DNA from: Azolla caroliniana
Taxonomy: Eukaryota > Plantae > Polypodiophyta
NCBI GenBank assembly: GCA_043228905.1
Contig: JBHGNT010000008.1
Location: forward strand, 14,694,001 to 14,758,000
Reading direction: 5' to 3'
DNA length: 64,000 bases
The translations under genes were made by a program, and so were the position numbers. Positions 50,493 through 62,919 of this stretch are shown one piece after another (positions within the stretch are counted from its first letter, which is position 1; the number at the start of each line of letters is the position of its first letter). The notes under the pieces are model-generated. The model did not search any database, was not told the origin of the DNA, and was given only the letters and a program-made list of their open reading frames with translations.

Positions 50493-53264
50493 TTACGGAG
50501 AATCACTACTATAACTAATATACAATGATGATTCCTCCTCGTCATCCTCGGATGTACCAATCAGTGCATTATCTTCTTCATAAACCAAATGGTTTGACTC
50601 TAGATTATATGTAGCAGATCTCATTTGCCTTCGACTCGAGCCACCTTGTATAGCTGGTAATTTTTCTTTTATTATATCTATTGTTGACTTCCTTAATCGT
50701 CTGGCTTTTGTAAGCGTGAAGTCGTACACGATGATATCCACATCAGAGATATCAAGGGTCGAGGTGTTACGAATGTTTCGCTTCCTCTTCCTACCTCCCC
50801 TTGTCATTGGGCATTCAATCATCTCCAATGGATACTTACCTGTAAAAGCATTTGCACTTCTAGTGTTGTACCAATGAACGTTTATAGACTTGATCGTGTT
50901 TTCTATTTCATGCATTAGCACTTCTAGAATTTTACCAACCCAAAATTGGTGCTCATGTGAGTTCTCATTAGCCGGCGTTGCAATCAACATCCCCGCCACG
51001 AGCTCTTGCAAATTGCCTTGCAATCTAGCTTCGATTGCTTTGGTCATCCTTGGTCCCACATAAATGTCTCTTTGTTCAGGATGGACCAAACTGTCATTAA
51101 TCGCATTTGTTGGTTGCTCCGGAGTTTTATTTACATGATCATGTTGTAGCAACCATGTGAATGGCGTTTCCAAATTCCAATTATCACCAAATACACAATT
51201 GTCTATAATTCTTTTCTGATCACTAAAAAAAAATTCCCACCATGACGTGTCTTGTTGTGCGGCATATTTCTTGGTGGCCTCAATATGCTTTCTTTTTTCT
51301 TCTAAGGCTTGTAGCCATAATTGTTTTTGTTCCAATACCAAGTCACCATGCAACTGTCCTTTCTTCTCAATTTGCATTTGTTTAGCTCCATGGACAATTG
51401 TACTCGGCATACAAAGCAATAACTGGCAACCACCTTCAAGTTCCCATGTTGTAGAAGATGAATATTGTTTAGCATACAAAAGCATAGAACCACTAATTTC
51501 ATTTTTCTTTATCATAAAAATGTGATTGAAGCTTATATTGTTTAACTGGGCGAGCACTTTAACATTCCCAACATGCCCATTTGATATATATCTCTTAAAG
51601 TCATATACCTCCTTCAAGTGTTAACACTTTTGGGCGTGGTGTATATGCATCACAAATGACATCAAATAGTTTTGGTAATGTGAAAGTATCATGCCGAGAC
51701 AACTGTCTAGAGAATGTGCTCAACATCTTATCTATATGATCATGTGTGTGGCCAACCAAAATATAATTGACTTTCACTTTTCTAAACAATCATTGGTTGA
51801 CCAACATACTTAGATAGCCAAACATAGTTGAATTTTTTTTCTCTCTAGCAGTATTGTCCAATTGAATGTATAGAACAGGGGGGAACGGTTGGCCCCAAGA
51901 CATCAAAACTCGGTGAATCACTGTAACTATTAGGTTAGGGTCATTGTGAACATTAGGGAATGTAATGAAGACGTGAGGTCCAACAGATCTATTATAAGCC
52001 AAGCATCCCACCAAGTGCATTTGAACAAGGCACTCATCATTGATGTCTTTGGGGAGCCTCCGCATATGCGGCAAGCACGTCTTCTTCTGGTCCATGCTAT
52101 CTATCATTAAGCACATGTATTGTTCGGGCCTCTTCAAACACTTCTCTCTATGATGCATCACCTTCTTTCGTTCTAACAATTGTGCCTCACGATGCTCCTA
52201 TAGTAACTTCTTACTCATATCCTTTTCCATTGATGTCTTTGCACCTTTAGCCAAACTTTTAAGATTTGCAGAAATGGAGCAATACCCCATGCGTACTTTA
52301 CGTGGAATGATAACATTTGAAAACCGAGCTCTCCATAATCTTGTGAATTGGTTGTATGTGATAGATTTATTACGTGAGCCCACCATATCAGATCGATAGA
52401 CATCATAAACTTCCCAACGTGTGTAATTATCAGAGAGGTGCATCCTACCTGTAGTGGGCATTACTTCACAATTTAACTGAAAGTAAATGTTCACCCAACC
52501 AATAGCATGTCTTCCAATTGCACCTTTCATACTTGGAACCTCTTTACAATTGAGCATCTGATCCCCGCTAAGTAAATGTTGTTGTACTCTATGTAGCCGC
52601 ATGTTACTAACACATAACGCAATTTTGAATGCAACTCTACATATCTGTTGCGCATGGAAGATATAATACTCGAATGATACTTTGATCCCCGTACACTTGT
52701 CAGACACTAGTTGCATATGTGATCCAAGGTGAGTGTCTTGCTCATCACTAGTCATCGAAAAATAGTATCGCCTTAATTCTTGCAACTTTGATTTTCCAAT
52801 CATAAACATACAACCACAGGCACAACATATTTTGTTGACATCAAATCCAATCTGCTTATTTGATGTCACCAAATTAAATCTGGTTAGATGAATTCTACGT
52901 GGGATTCTTCTAATATGCATAGGGCTTCCAGATTTCTCTTCTTGCATAGAAGTTGGTGTAACCTTGTTACAATCCAATTTTTTGTTGTGACCATTGCCCA
53001 TGATATTCGATGTTTCATTGGTACTACCTTCATTCTCCATATCTTTATTAATATTGTATTCTTCAATAGACAACTCTTCACATGTGTTGTAGGTGAAGAT
53101 GAGCTCAGACAATACTCTTCGATAGAAATGGGTGAGTCTGTCGATAGACAATATTCTTCAATAGAAAATGGTGAGTTTGTCAACAGACAATACTCTTCGG
53201 TAGAAAACGAAGAGTCTAAGGACAAACAATATTATTCAATCGAGAACAGTGAGTCTTCACTCAT
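50493..53264 (-). pseudogene. DDD-type transposase (Sola-like), frameshifted
   Basis: Motifs LMIDSMDQKKT, YIQLDNTAREKKN and VGHTHDHIDKM; Cys clusters (CCACGC, ICRVAF); split over five ORF pieces. Confidence 0.85.
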
Positions 53265-53400
53265 GGCTTAAGGTCCACATAGAGCTCTTTAAGTTATGTG
53301 CTTGGGCTAATATAAACAACTGATAAGCTCCTCTCTAAACAGAAGCTCCCTCAATATAATGTCTATATTAATGGCACCTATATTCAATATAGAACTTCTT

Positions 53401-53650
53401 AATCATTGGTTCATTCATGCCCACCATTTTAAATATAAGCCTTTTCAATCATTGGTTCATTCATGGCCACATCTTTAATACAAAACATTAGAGAGTCATA
53501 AAAATGTGGCTTTGAGTATTCAATCATTGGTTCATTCATGAACCTCTATCATTGTTTTCTTTATGACCTTCAAAGGCATTGTATGTTAGTTTGAGTATAA
53601 AATAATCCTTAATATGTTAGTTTGAGTATTTAATCATTGATTCATTCATA
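53401..53650. promoter_or_regulatory. Repeated AATCATTGGTTCATTCAT motif (CCAAT box on minus strand) between the divergent genes
   Basis: Four copies near 53401, 53447, 53522 and 53632 (the last is a variant). Confidence 0.45.
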
Positions 53651-54042
53651 AGCATCATTTAATTCAAATCCATTAGCGAGTCATTGGTAAATTCAAGAGT
53701 ATGTACTAAATAAAGTAACTAACTAACTCTTTCTTAGGTCTAACTAACTAACGTTAAGCTTACCAACCCTGCTTAAAGTAATTGTGGTTACTTTAACCAC
53801 AATGGTCAATCCCTACAAATAGGAAGACCTCCTCATTTCGCAATCACTCACACACAAAACAGAGCACACAAAGCACAAACAGCCCATAGCACGCAACACC
53901 AAATTTTCATCTCCCCCAGGTAAGCATCGACAACGAGAATCATGTCTTCGAAGAAAATCGAGCGCCAAGAATCCAGGTAAGCGCCTAGAAGTCCGGACAT
54001 TTTTGTAAATATGTTTTAGCACTCAAGAACTCAATACGCCGT

Positions 54043-54825
54043 TGTCGTGTCTTTCGGCTCCGGATCGTTGCGTGAGTCGGGTGGGAACCACCGGGGTTTT
54101 GGACTAGGAGGAGGAAGAATTTGAGGCTAATCTAGTTATGAATATGAATAGATTATAAGAAAGAGATATAGAAATTTCGTGAATCCCACGAGTGTATTCT
54201 ATTCGATTAATCAATATCTAGATAAGAATATGTATTTAGATTGAAAGAAATATATAAGAAACTTGTGAATTCCACAAGTATAGATTATATTATTTTCGTG
54301 AATCCCACGATTATATTAATCGGTTGGTGTTTTCGGAAATATATCCAATTTCCAAATATTTCACACACCTATTACATTGTGCTCCCCATCCTTATGTAGT
54401 GATGAGGGAGTCTTAGGAATCCATGCTTTTTTTTCTCTCTAACTATAGACTCCATGCTTTTCCTATAGATAGACTATATGCTTTATCTAAAGTGATTATG
54501 CTTTTTCTATCTTGTGCGTTTTTTATCGACTATAGCGTTCATGCACGCTAGATATGCATGCGTAGCTTTTTCTTTTAGCATGCGTTTTTCTTTTAACTAA
54601 AGTTGAACCTACATGAACTTAACTTTCTATGTGGATCATCTACTTTTTAACATGAATGAAATGCTAGTGTAATGGTAAGACATTACATTATTAACATGGC
54701 GGTGCAAGGTTCGAATCTTGCCCTATGCATGTTATATATTTTTTAATATTTTCTACTATTTATTCATATTTATTAAATCGGTACTTTATAAGTTTTTCAC
54801 GTAGTGTACGAAATACACTACGACA
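54043..54825 (-). repeat. Gypsy solo LTR with 4-bp TSD CCGT
   Basis: TGTCGTAGTG...GACACGACA on the minus strand; CCGT at 54039-54042 and 54826-54829. Removing it restores a palindrome unit. Confidence 0.9.
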
Positions 54826-55253
54826 CCGTATCGAGTTCCTGTTTAAAGTTTAGGGTTTTATACAGGAACTCGATACGCCGTATCGAGTTCTTGTTTAAAG
54901 TTTGTGTTTGACACAGGAACTCGATACGCCATATCGAGTTCCTGTTTAAAGTTTGTGTTTCATACAGAAACTCGATATGGCGTATCAAGTTCCTGTTTAA
55001 AGTTTGTGTTTCATACACACTCGATACGCCGTATCGAGTTCCTGATTAAAGTTTGTGTTTCATACACACTCGATACGCCGTATCGAGTTCCTGTTTAAAG
55101 TTTGTGTTTCATAAATGAACTCGATACGGTGTATCGAGTTCTTGTGTAAAGTATGTGTTTTATACATGAACTCGATACCCTTTATCAAGTTCCTGTTTAA
55201 ATTTTGTGTTTTATACATGAACTCGATATGCCGTATCAAAAATTTAAACAGGA
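54826..55253. repeat. Tandem array of 49-51-bp units, each containing a long palindrome
   Basis: Consensus ACAGGAACTCGATACG-C-CGTATCGAGTTCCTGT plus linker; 9 units counting the one split by the solo LTR. Confidence 0.92.
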
Positions 55254-58200
55254 ATATTATGTCTTTGGGGGAACAATTTGGTATATGTGTGAAAAGATAC
55301 CAAATTTATGTCCAATTCAAACTTTTTTAGTGACATTTGCTACATTTTGTAACATTTAGCGGCCTTACTTAAAAAGGTTTTATGATCTATAATAGCTTAA
55401 AATAATAGAAAATAACCCAGGAATTACCTTTATGATACCAAATTTAAGTCTATCATGTTAAAATTCTCATCAATATGGATATGGAATCAATATAAGCCAT
55501 ACCTACCCTTCAATATGATACATATCCTTGTATAATTATTAAGATATATAATTTTTGAAGTTGAATAGCCCTTACTAAATTTAAATTCCGAATAAAGGTT
55601 TATCATGTTCACAGAAAGTAATGATGATAGAGTTTAGCACAAATCACCTGCTAGTTTTTGTCTTGATCTACTTATGTATATTTTAATATACAACCTTAAT
55701 CTAGGCAACCACCTAACTTATATTTTCCCACTTCCTTTCTTAAATAGGTCATTTATGAACTTGTCGGACCGACCTGTGAAGAAAATAAAGCTCCGGATTC
55801 AGGGCTCTCCATTTGAGACCTAGAAACTAATAGTTCCTCAGAACATGAAGAGAGGAAAAAAGCTTCTCTTCAACGAGGAGACAAAATCTCAACCATCCGA
55901 TGATGTAAGCCAAAAGAAAATGTTAGCAACTACTGGTGGTGAGGACCTTCCTAACCTTGATCTAACGGAAAAGGAATGGTGTATGTAATACGTCAACTCC
56001 AAGAAAAAAGTTGTGCTTTATACATCAAAGAAGAAGGGAGACGGTCAGCTTGAAAATGACACCGCATTTATGTATGGTTGTATTCTATGATTTGACTACG
56101 AAGATTTAGATTCAGGCAACATTCTTGTAATGATAGAGTGCTCGAAGGGGGTACGTAAAGTGTACCTTTCTGAAGATCAACTAGTAAAGGAATCTTGTGG
56201 GCTAGAATCTTTTAAAAAAGATCTACAAAGCTCACAAAAACTTATTGTCACCTTGAGGCCTTATATACAAGGCCATGTAACTCTAAGGGAGCCCTTTCCC
56301 TCCCTAGTGAAGGCCCCAAAAAGGGCATCTAAAGTGCAATCAAGACCAGCAAAAAAGAGGACCACTAAAATGTCGGACTCTGACTCATCAAGCTCAAACG
56401 AAGATGAGGACACTAGGGGGATGCAAGGTGCTGAGCTGGCATCGGGTGTGTTGTCATCTGAGCAGAATAAGATACAGAGAGAGTTGAAGCATAAACTAGT
56501 GAGAAAAGGGCAAGTGTTTAATTTTCCTATAACACACATCCATCGGCCCCCTATAGAGGAAAAAATAGGACGAAGACCACTTGAGATCAGAAAGCCACAC
56601 TGAATGCATGTTCAAAATCACAAGAAAAAAATGAAAATTAATCCACATGCTACCGTTGTGCCTTTTATTGTTATGGTGGATCCCGAAGAATGTGAAACCA
56701 CTGAAGAATTCGATATAAGAAAGCATGATCAATACAATTACTTTGTAATTGGTGGATCGCATTCGGTGGAGGCATGTCGGCAACTTGTGAGAGAACATCC
56801 AACGACTTTTTTCTTCAAGTATGCCGAGTGCAAAATTTATGTGGGCCTCACAACTGAAGAGGCAAAGTTGTTGGCATGGTTCCACAATAATGATAATGAC
56901 TATAGGCAAAAAACGTCATCGATTGAGCGTATAAGGTTCTTCCACCACGAGTACTTGGACATCAAACAAAAGTTCGGTGTGAAGCTACGTCCAAGCCTAT
57001 GACGTCAATGCTTGCATGAAGTCGACATTGTGGTGGATGATAATGTTAAGTCTGATGGTCTTTAGAAATATGAGTCCTGGTTTCAACTTTCCTTTAGAGA
57101 TGGAGAAGTATGGGACCTACAAGATCAAATCTTCTCAATGTGGGACAATAAGGAGGTCAAGGGTCAACGACAAAAGAAATGTAATGTAGACCCTCAACTA
57201 TAATTAAAGTCACAAGCAGCCAAGAAAATTGATTTGACAATTGAAGAAGCGGCTGATGACATGAAGCTGTCTCTGTGGAGATCGATGCAAGGTATTAAGG
57301 ATGAGCAGCTTGTTGTGTCTATTTTGTCAAGGGTTGTGGCAAAAGATTTAAGCCTTGAAGAAATGGTCATTGTGTTCAATAAGTAAGTCTTTCAAATAGT
57401 GATATTGAATTCAATATGGTGCAATTGAAAGTTCTAATCTCGTTTTCTAATTTCACAGTCATAAGGTGTACATGAAGATCCAAGAAGTTATGATGAAACA
57501 ACTTGGATGTATAACTTGGGAACAAGTGACCACGAATTATCCTCTAACGTCTTCATATAAGGCGTTATCCGAGTATTTTATTGCATTCAAGGATTGGGTT
57601 AGTATTAGTGTTTTTCATTAAGCTTTCCTCATATGTAGAGGTTGTGTAATAATACTTGATGTCTTCTTGCTTCTATTAGAAACCATGTCGTGGCAAGAAA
57701 CAAGGAGAAGTTAAGGATATACACGATTTCCCAACATCCTTCCTTGCACATCTCAAGAGACCTAGAAAAGAAAAGGATCATCGCTTAGTCAAGGCGTACG
57801 AAATTGAGGAAGATGGCTCCTTCAAAAAATTTAGCCACAAAAGGGATATTACGAGAGATCTTTACTACAACGTGATTTGCGGCGATGTCGTTGACATGAT
57901 CCAAAAAGTGCCAAAGAAGAAATATACGTTACTCATTCCCAAAGAATGGCAGGGTCATCATACGACGATGAACCGTTTAGGTTCAAACAGTTAGAGAAGA
58001 TGGTGAAGGATTTTGCTGAGCTAATGACTGCATCCTTGTGGAGGATAGTTGTCTTTCATAGTATGGACCAAGGGTACTCGGTAGCTGAAGCTTTGAGATC
58101 TCGTTGCCATGGCATCGAGAACCTTGCATGGTAAGGATTATTTATAAGTCTCATTCACTATATTGCCTTTCTTAAGATTGTTCAATCTATTCCTAACTTG

Positions 58201-59445
58201 ATGCAATATTTGTTATAGGATAAAAATCAATGTCAATAGAGGGCCAACCTTTCGGTTCGTAAATGCCATTGAATATACATTATGGTTGGCTACTTCAATG
58301 AAATAAAGAAACAAAGAATCAAGGAGCATTCTAATGCAGTTGGAGGTTCAAATCTACTAGTGTATCTAGTAGTGACACAGAAATTGCGACATGTCACCAC
58401 GACAGAACCGGGACTTGTCAACCCATACCAAAAACCTCAACAACTTATGATGTGCTTGATCGAGATGTTTTTTGTAGAAGGAGATTGGATATTAGACCTC
58501 TTTTCTGGCATAAGTATTCCTCAAACTAGGTTAATGATCTTGAGATAACCAATACTGAATCTTTTTTGTTTGAAAACTAATTCTTCTTGTTACTTTCTTC
58601 ACAGGGACAACGTCTACATGTGCATTGAAGCTCTTTAGAAACACACTTGCATTGGACAAGGGCGAGGAGCAAGTTATATTTATAAACATGAGGATTAAGG
58701 CTTTGTGGGAGTGCCCAGACCAGGACGAGGAGGTAGGCGCAAAGAACCTTGCTGATACCGAAAGGTTTCAACCTGCTTCGTGAGAGCCTATTCCTCTGTT
58801 AGCCGGGGAACCGGGGGAGCTAATAGAGCTTGATGATGAGCTTATAGAAGCTATTTCATTGGCTGGCTAATAGGGGAAGACAATGCATGTATAGCCGAAG
58901 AGACTTCTATACACGATGAAGAAGAAAATGACATTGACGATTTGCTTGCTATGCAATACACTCTTTTGTTCACGAAATGTATTGTTTGGAATTCACATTG
59001 CTAATACAAATTTTGGGTTTTACTTGGTGTATTCCATTCTTTATAATCTTCTATATGTTTCAATATACTTGGTTTGTAGACTTATGACATTGGTTTCACC
59101 GCGTGCATTGCTAACTACCAATATGGATAAACATGAATTAGTTTAAATTAAGCCTGATTTTGGTCAAACTTTACCTTAACATAACATGCTCGTAGAATTG
59201 TTGCCATGACTGTCCATGGTGTTATTTGCGATAAATTGTTGAGATTGTCATTCCATGTCTAATATATACCAGTCTATATATTATGGATCTTTGTCTTCTA
59301 TTGTTAAAACTATTATGTTTCTCTTCCATTGTTGCTTAGATTGTGTAGTGTGTTGATAATGGTTCCACTAGCGTTATCTACATGTTTTAATACGCTTGTA
59401 GTTCCACTAGCGTTATCATTCAGAGTTTGATCCCGTGTGAATCAC

Positions 59446-59700
59446 CTAAGGAATAGATTAGATCAATTTTAAATACAAGTATGAAAGCCTTAATAGGTTT
59501 GTTATTTCCACCGCATTATCCTAAAGTTCACTGTCTTACATTGTCCACAATTATATACATATGGTTTGAACCCATACGAACAAACTAAGGAATAGATTAG
59601 ATCAACTTTAAATACAAGTATTAAATACCTTAATAAGTTAGTTATTCCAATCACATTATCCTAAAGTTCACTATCCTACATTGTCCACAATTATATACAT
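59446..59700. repeat. ~115-bp direct duplication (140-bp spacing) in the transposon subterminal region
   Basis: CTAAGGAATAGATTAGATCAA...CACAATTATATACAT occurs twice. Confidence 0.8.
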
Positions 59701-62430
59701 GCGAGTATGGGTCAAAGTATAAATTATAACTCATTTTATTAGTATGGTTACAAGTACACCTCATATTTTTGTAAAACTTACCAAATTAATATAAGTCTTT
59801 AACTTAGTGTTTCCCATGTCACACATTAGTGAGATATTGAGCCATTGTTGAACTTTATTATGCCTACATTAACTTATCAACACATCCAAACTTATTTGAA
59901 TTTCTAATGATCTCCATTTGTAGACCTATCATGTATTTTTATATTTGCAAATTCTAATCAAGTTGTGGAACATGTGATACTAATGCATCCAATTTTTGTA
60001 GAGAGGGTATATTTGGACATTTTCAAGAAGATTCTACAAGTGGAATGCGTAATCCTTCCACTTGTGAATGCGAACGTGTTGAAGTTGCTCGGTCGTTGAA
60101 TTAACCGATTTTACCCTCCACCCATGATTCGTTTCCATTGGCCATCTGCCTTTCCCATAAATATCATAAGAAATTAGATTAATTTTTGACCCGTGGTCAA
60201 TTAAGGCCACGACCGGATCTTCAAGGTTTTCAATCTTCATGGGTGTCTCAGTTGTTGCTCTTGCCCAATGTTTCTTAGCATAGTAGCTTTTTAGCTCTTT
60301 CGGCTTCTCTTAAAAAGTTGTCGTCGCAGTAGTTTGTGTACCAACAATGGAAGAGCGTGGTTCACCTTTGAGGACTTCCACCGTTGTTTTCTTTACTTCA
60401 CTTCCTAGGTTTTCGGCGGCTTCAATACTTTGTCGTTTTCTTTTAATTCCATCTATTATTGCATCATGAAATTCTTTTTTAGCTATGCCCAAAAGTTCCC
60501 TCAAGGAAAGTTCCACTTTGCTATCTAAAATTCTTTCTTCCAATGCTTTTTTTAAATCAGTTGAAGCTTCAATATCAGATAATAATTTGAACGAGGGACT
60601 CTTCCTATCCTTACCTTTTTCAATGTCAGGGCTTACCATTTTTGGACTTTCTGTCTCCCTCTTTTTAGTGCTTCTTAGCTCCCTCTTCTGGTTATCTTCA
60701 TTTTTCGCCCATTTCCGTTTCTCTTCGATGATCACTTCATGGGTTGTTGCAACCTTCGCGAAAGCTGAGAGGCCATCCACTGGGTCTTCCTAACCAGTTT
60801 TGCTTCGGACAACATCACCTCCAGACTTCAACTTTTCAAACTCGATTTTACCCTTTCTTGCAGCTTTCAAAATACACGGCCAAAATTCAGATTCAGATCC
60901 TCCTTCACCAACATGGATGACTGTAGTTGTTGGTTGATAGACAGCTTGTGTCCTAGTTATTTCTGCATCTTCGATGATCCTTCTCTTACCACCTCTTCTA
61001 AAGTTAGTTCGGAGAGGTAATTGAGTTTCAAAAGAATGAATCTTACCATCTTTGAAGAATATCACCCCTCTTTCTATCGCTTCTTGGTAGTTATCATACC
61101 CTCCTCTTGAATGGTCGATGCTATCACACCATATGCATCTTCTTTCATAATCTTTTTGGGGTTGTGAGGATTTTTCTTCTTGTAGCTTTGCAACATGTAA
61201 TGAAAGATCTTTTATACCTTTGATAAGATCATTCATCACTATTTCGAGTATCTTCGAAATAGTTGACGGACTCCCAGTATCCTGCCTAATGGTTGTCTTC
61301 ACTTCATCTTTCATACCTCCGGCAATCGAAAGATCCTCACTCCATTGGGCTCTTTTGTTGATTATGTTGCAAGCTTCATGTACTCAATTCCAATCAGACA
61401 CTAGTCCAGTGGGTATAGTCTAGTCTTCAAGGAATGCAACTAATTTTTCTCGATAGGATCGGTCTGATGCCTTCAAGAATAATATGACCTTATCTTGTTC
61501 CAAAAGAGTCCTTTCGGTCGTCATTATTTGATTATAACGAGCTTCAAACTCTTTCAACAACTCCATCACCAAAATCTTCTTGTCCTCTTTGTCCACCTAA
61601 TCCAAGAAATTCCTCCTTGATCCTCGAAGTGTATCACCAAGCATGTATTCATTTAATAAAGCTTGCTCAAATGCAACCCAATCATTAGAACTTGTTGCGA
61701 GTTCAGAGACTCTATTTCTCAAAGGGAGTTCAACCATCCTCACAAAATTCATTTGAACATCATGTTGATTTAATCCTTTACTACCCATCTCAATAATATA
61801 TACTTGTAAGAATTTAGTTATATTTTTACCTTCAAAGAGACCTATTTTCTCTACAAGCTTGTCAATAGCATGACCGATTCGTTGAAGAGCAGTTGCACGT
61901 TCTTGGCTTTGCATCATTATTTCAATCATTTGAAGCACAACGTTGATTTGTGGCTCCACAACGACTTCTTGGTTGATTCGTGGCTCCGAGACTGCTTGTT
62001 GGTTCTCCATCTCTCTTAACTTCCCATTTCATGTTGGGTTCACCATTGTCGCGTTGATCTCAGTGTACGAGAGAAAACGAAAAGAAAATCGTGAATTCGG
62101 GAAGTAAGCATCGGGCTTCTTGTCAAAGAAAGAGTAGAAACGGAAATAACTTGTATTGATATTTAAAGATGATTACAAAATATTTCTTGTACAATAATAT
62201 AGCTTGTCCCTCTTTCTACAATAATATTCCTCGTCTCATGTTCTCCCCTCACTCTTTTCCCGTTCCTTCTTTAAATAGGTGCCCCCATGCATATGATGCA
62301 TATGAGGCTACAAGTCATGCATGTAGTGCATGAAATGCATGTGATGCATGATCGCCATTTGGCGTTCATGCATTACATGTGATGCATGATAGACATCCCA
62401 CGCATCTGAGCTTTCATGTTTGAAAATATA

Positions 62431-62832
62431 CATGCCATAAGTACAAACATTAGAATATAGCTTTAAAAGAACAAATGACCTTGCCTAATGTTATGTGCCT
62501 TGTGTTTGGTATGTGAGGTTGTGGGTTCAAGTCTCTCAAATTTTATTTAATAGAATATTGTAGTTTATTTTTCTATCATAAAGCAAATCCTTCACGACAC
62601 CTAAACCCCCACACGCTCCTACTCATCGAGGCCTCATGCCATAAGTACTAGAATATAGCTTTAAAAGAACAAATGACCTTGCCTAATGTTATGTGCCTTG
62701 TGTTTGGTATGTGAGATTGTGGGTTCAAGTCTCTCAAATTTTATTTAATAGAATATTGTAGTTTATTTTTCTATCATGAAGCAAATCCTTCACGACACCT
62801 AAACCCCCACACGCTCCTACTCATCAAGGCCT
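62431..62832. repeat. ~200-bp tandem duplication spanning a Gypsy LTR end and its flank
   Basis: CATGCCATAAGTAC...CTCATCRAGGCCT repeated at 62431 and 62635. Confidence 0.88.
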
Positions 62833-62919
62833 CTAACTCTATATAACGTTTTACAAAGATTTGAATAAAAGCTCATATAAAGTGGTAGAGGTTATTTTCT
62901 CATCGTGGCATGGAAACGT

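Larger units (their letters stand above)
53942..58870 (+). pseudogene. 6-exon ParB/Srx-like plus beta-class N4C/N6A DNA methyltransferase gene
   Basis: Frame-preserving GT-AG introns 53977-55747, 57383-57458, 57598-57679, 58131-58218, 58514-58604. Motifs YFVIGGSHSVEA, VICGDVVDMI, AWIK, NPYQKP, GDWILDLFSG(I/R)TTSTCALKLFRNTLALD. The 3' end is approximate. Confidence 0.82.
50125..60080. mobile_element. ~10-kb TIR DNA transposon (Sola-like) with a cargo gene
   Basis: ~36-bp imperfect TIRs AACACGTTYGCRTTCACAAGTGGAAGGAT; TSD GAAG at 50121-50124 and 60081-60084. Excision restores the Gypsy frame STTEQLHGACP. Confidence 0.92.
47505..62599 (-). mobile_element. Degenerate tRNA-Trp-primed Gypsy element split by the DNA transposon (parts 60085-62599 and 47505-50124)
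   Basis: 5' LTR 62047-62599 (TGTCGTGAAG...CGCGACA); PBS TGGTGAACCCAACATGA; gag at 62010; PR DHGSKINL; RT LPQGATNS/FLDD at 48268-49152. Confidence 0.9.

Noticed and set aside
54662-54730. Functional tRNA gene
   Set aside because: A/B boxes are present, but no convincing acceptor or anticodon stems; it lies inside an LTR.
54826-55253. Regularly spaced palindromes resembling a CRISPR array
   Set aside because: Linkers are short and near-identical rather than unique spacers; there are no cas genes; the context is a eukaryotic intron.
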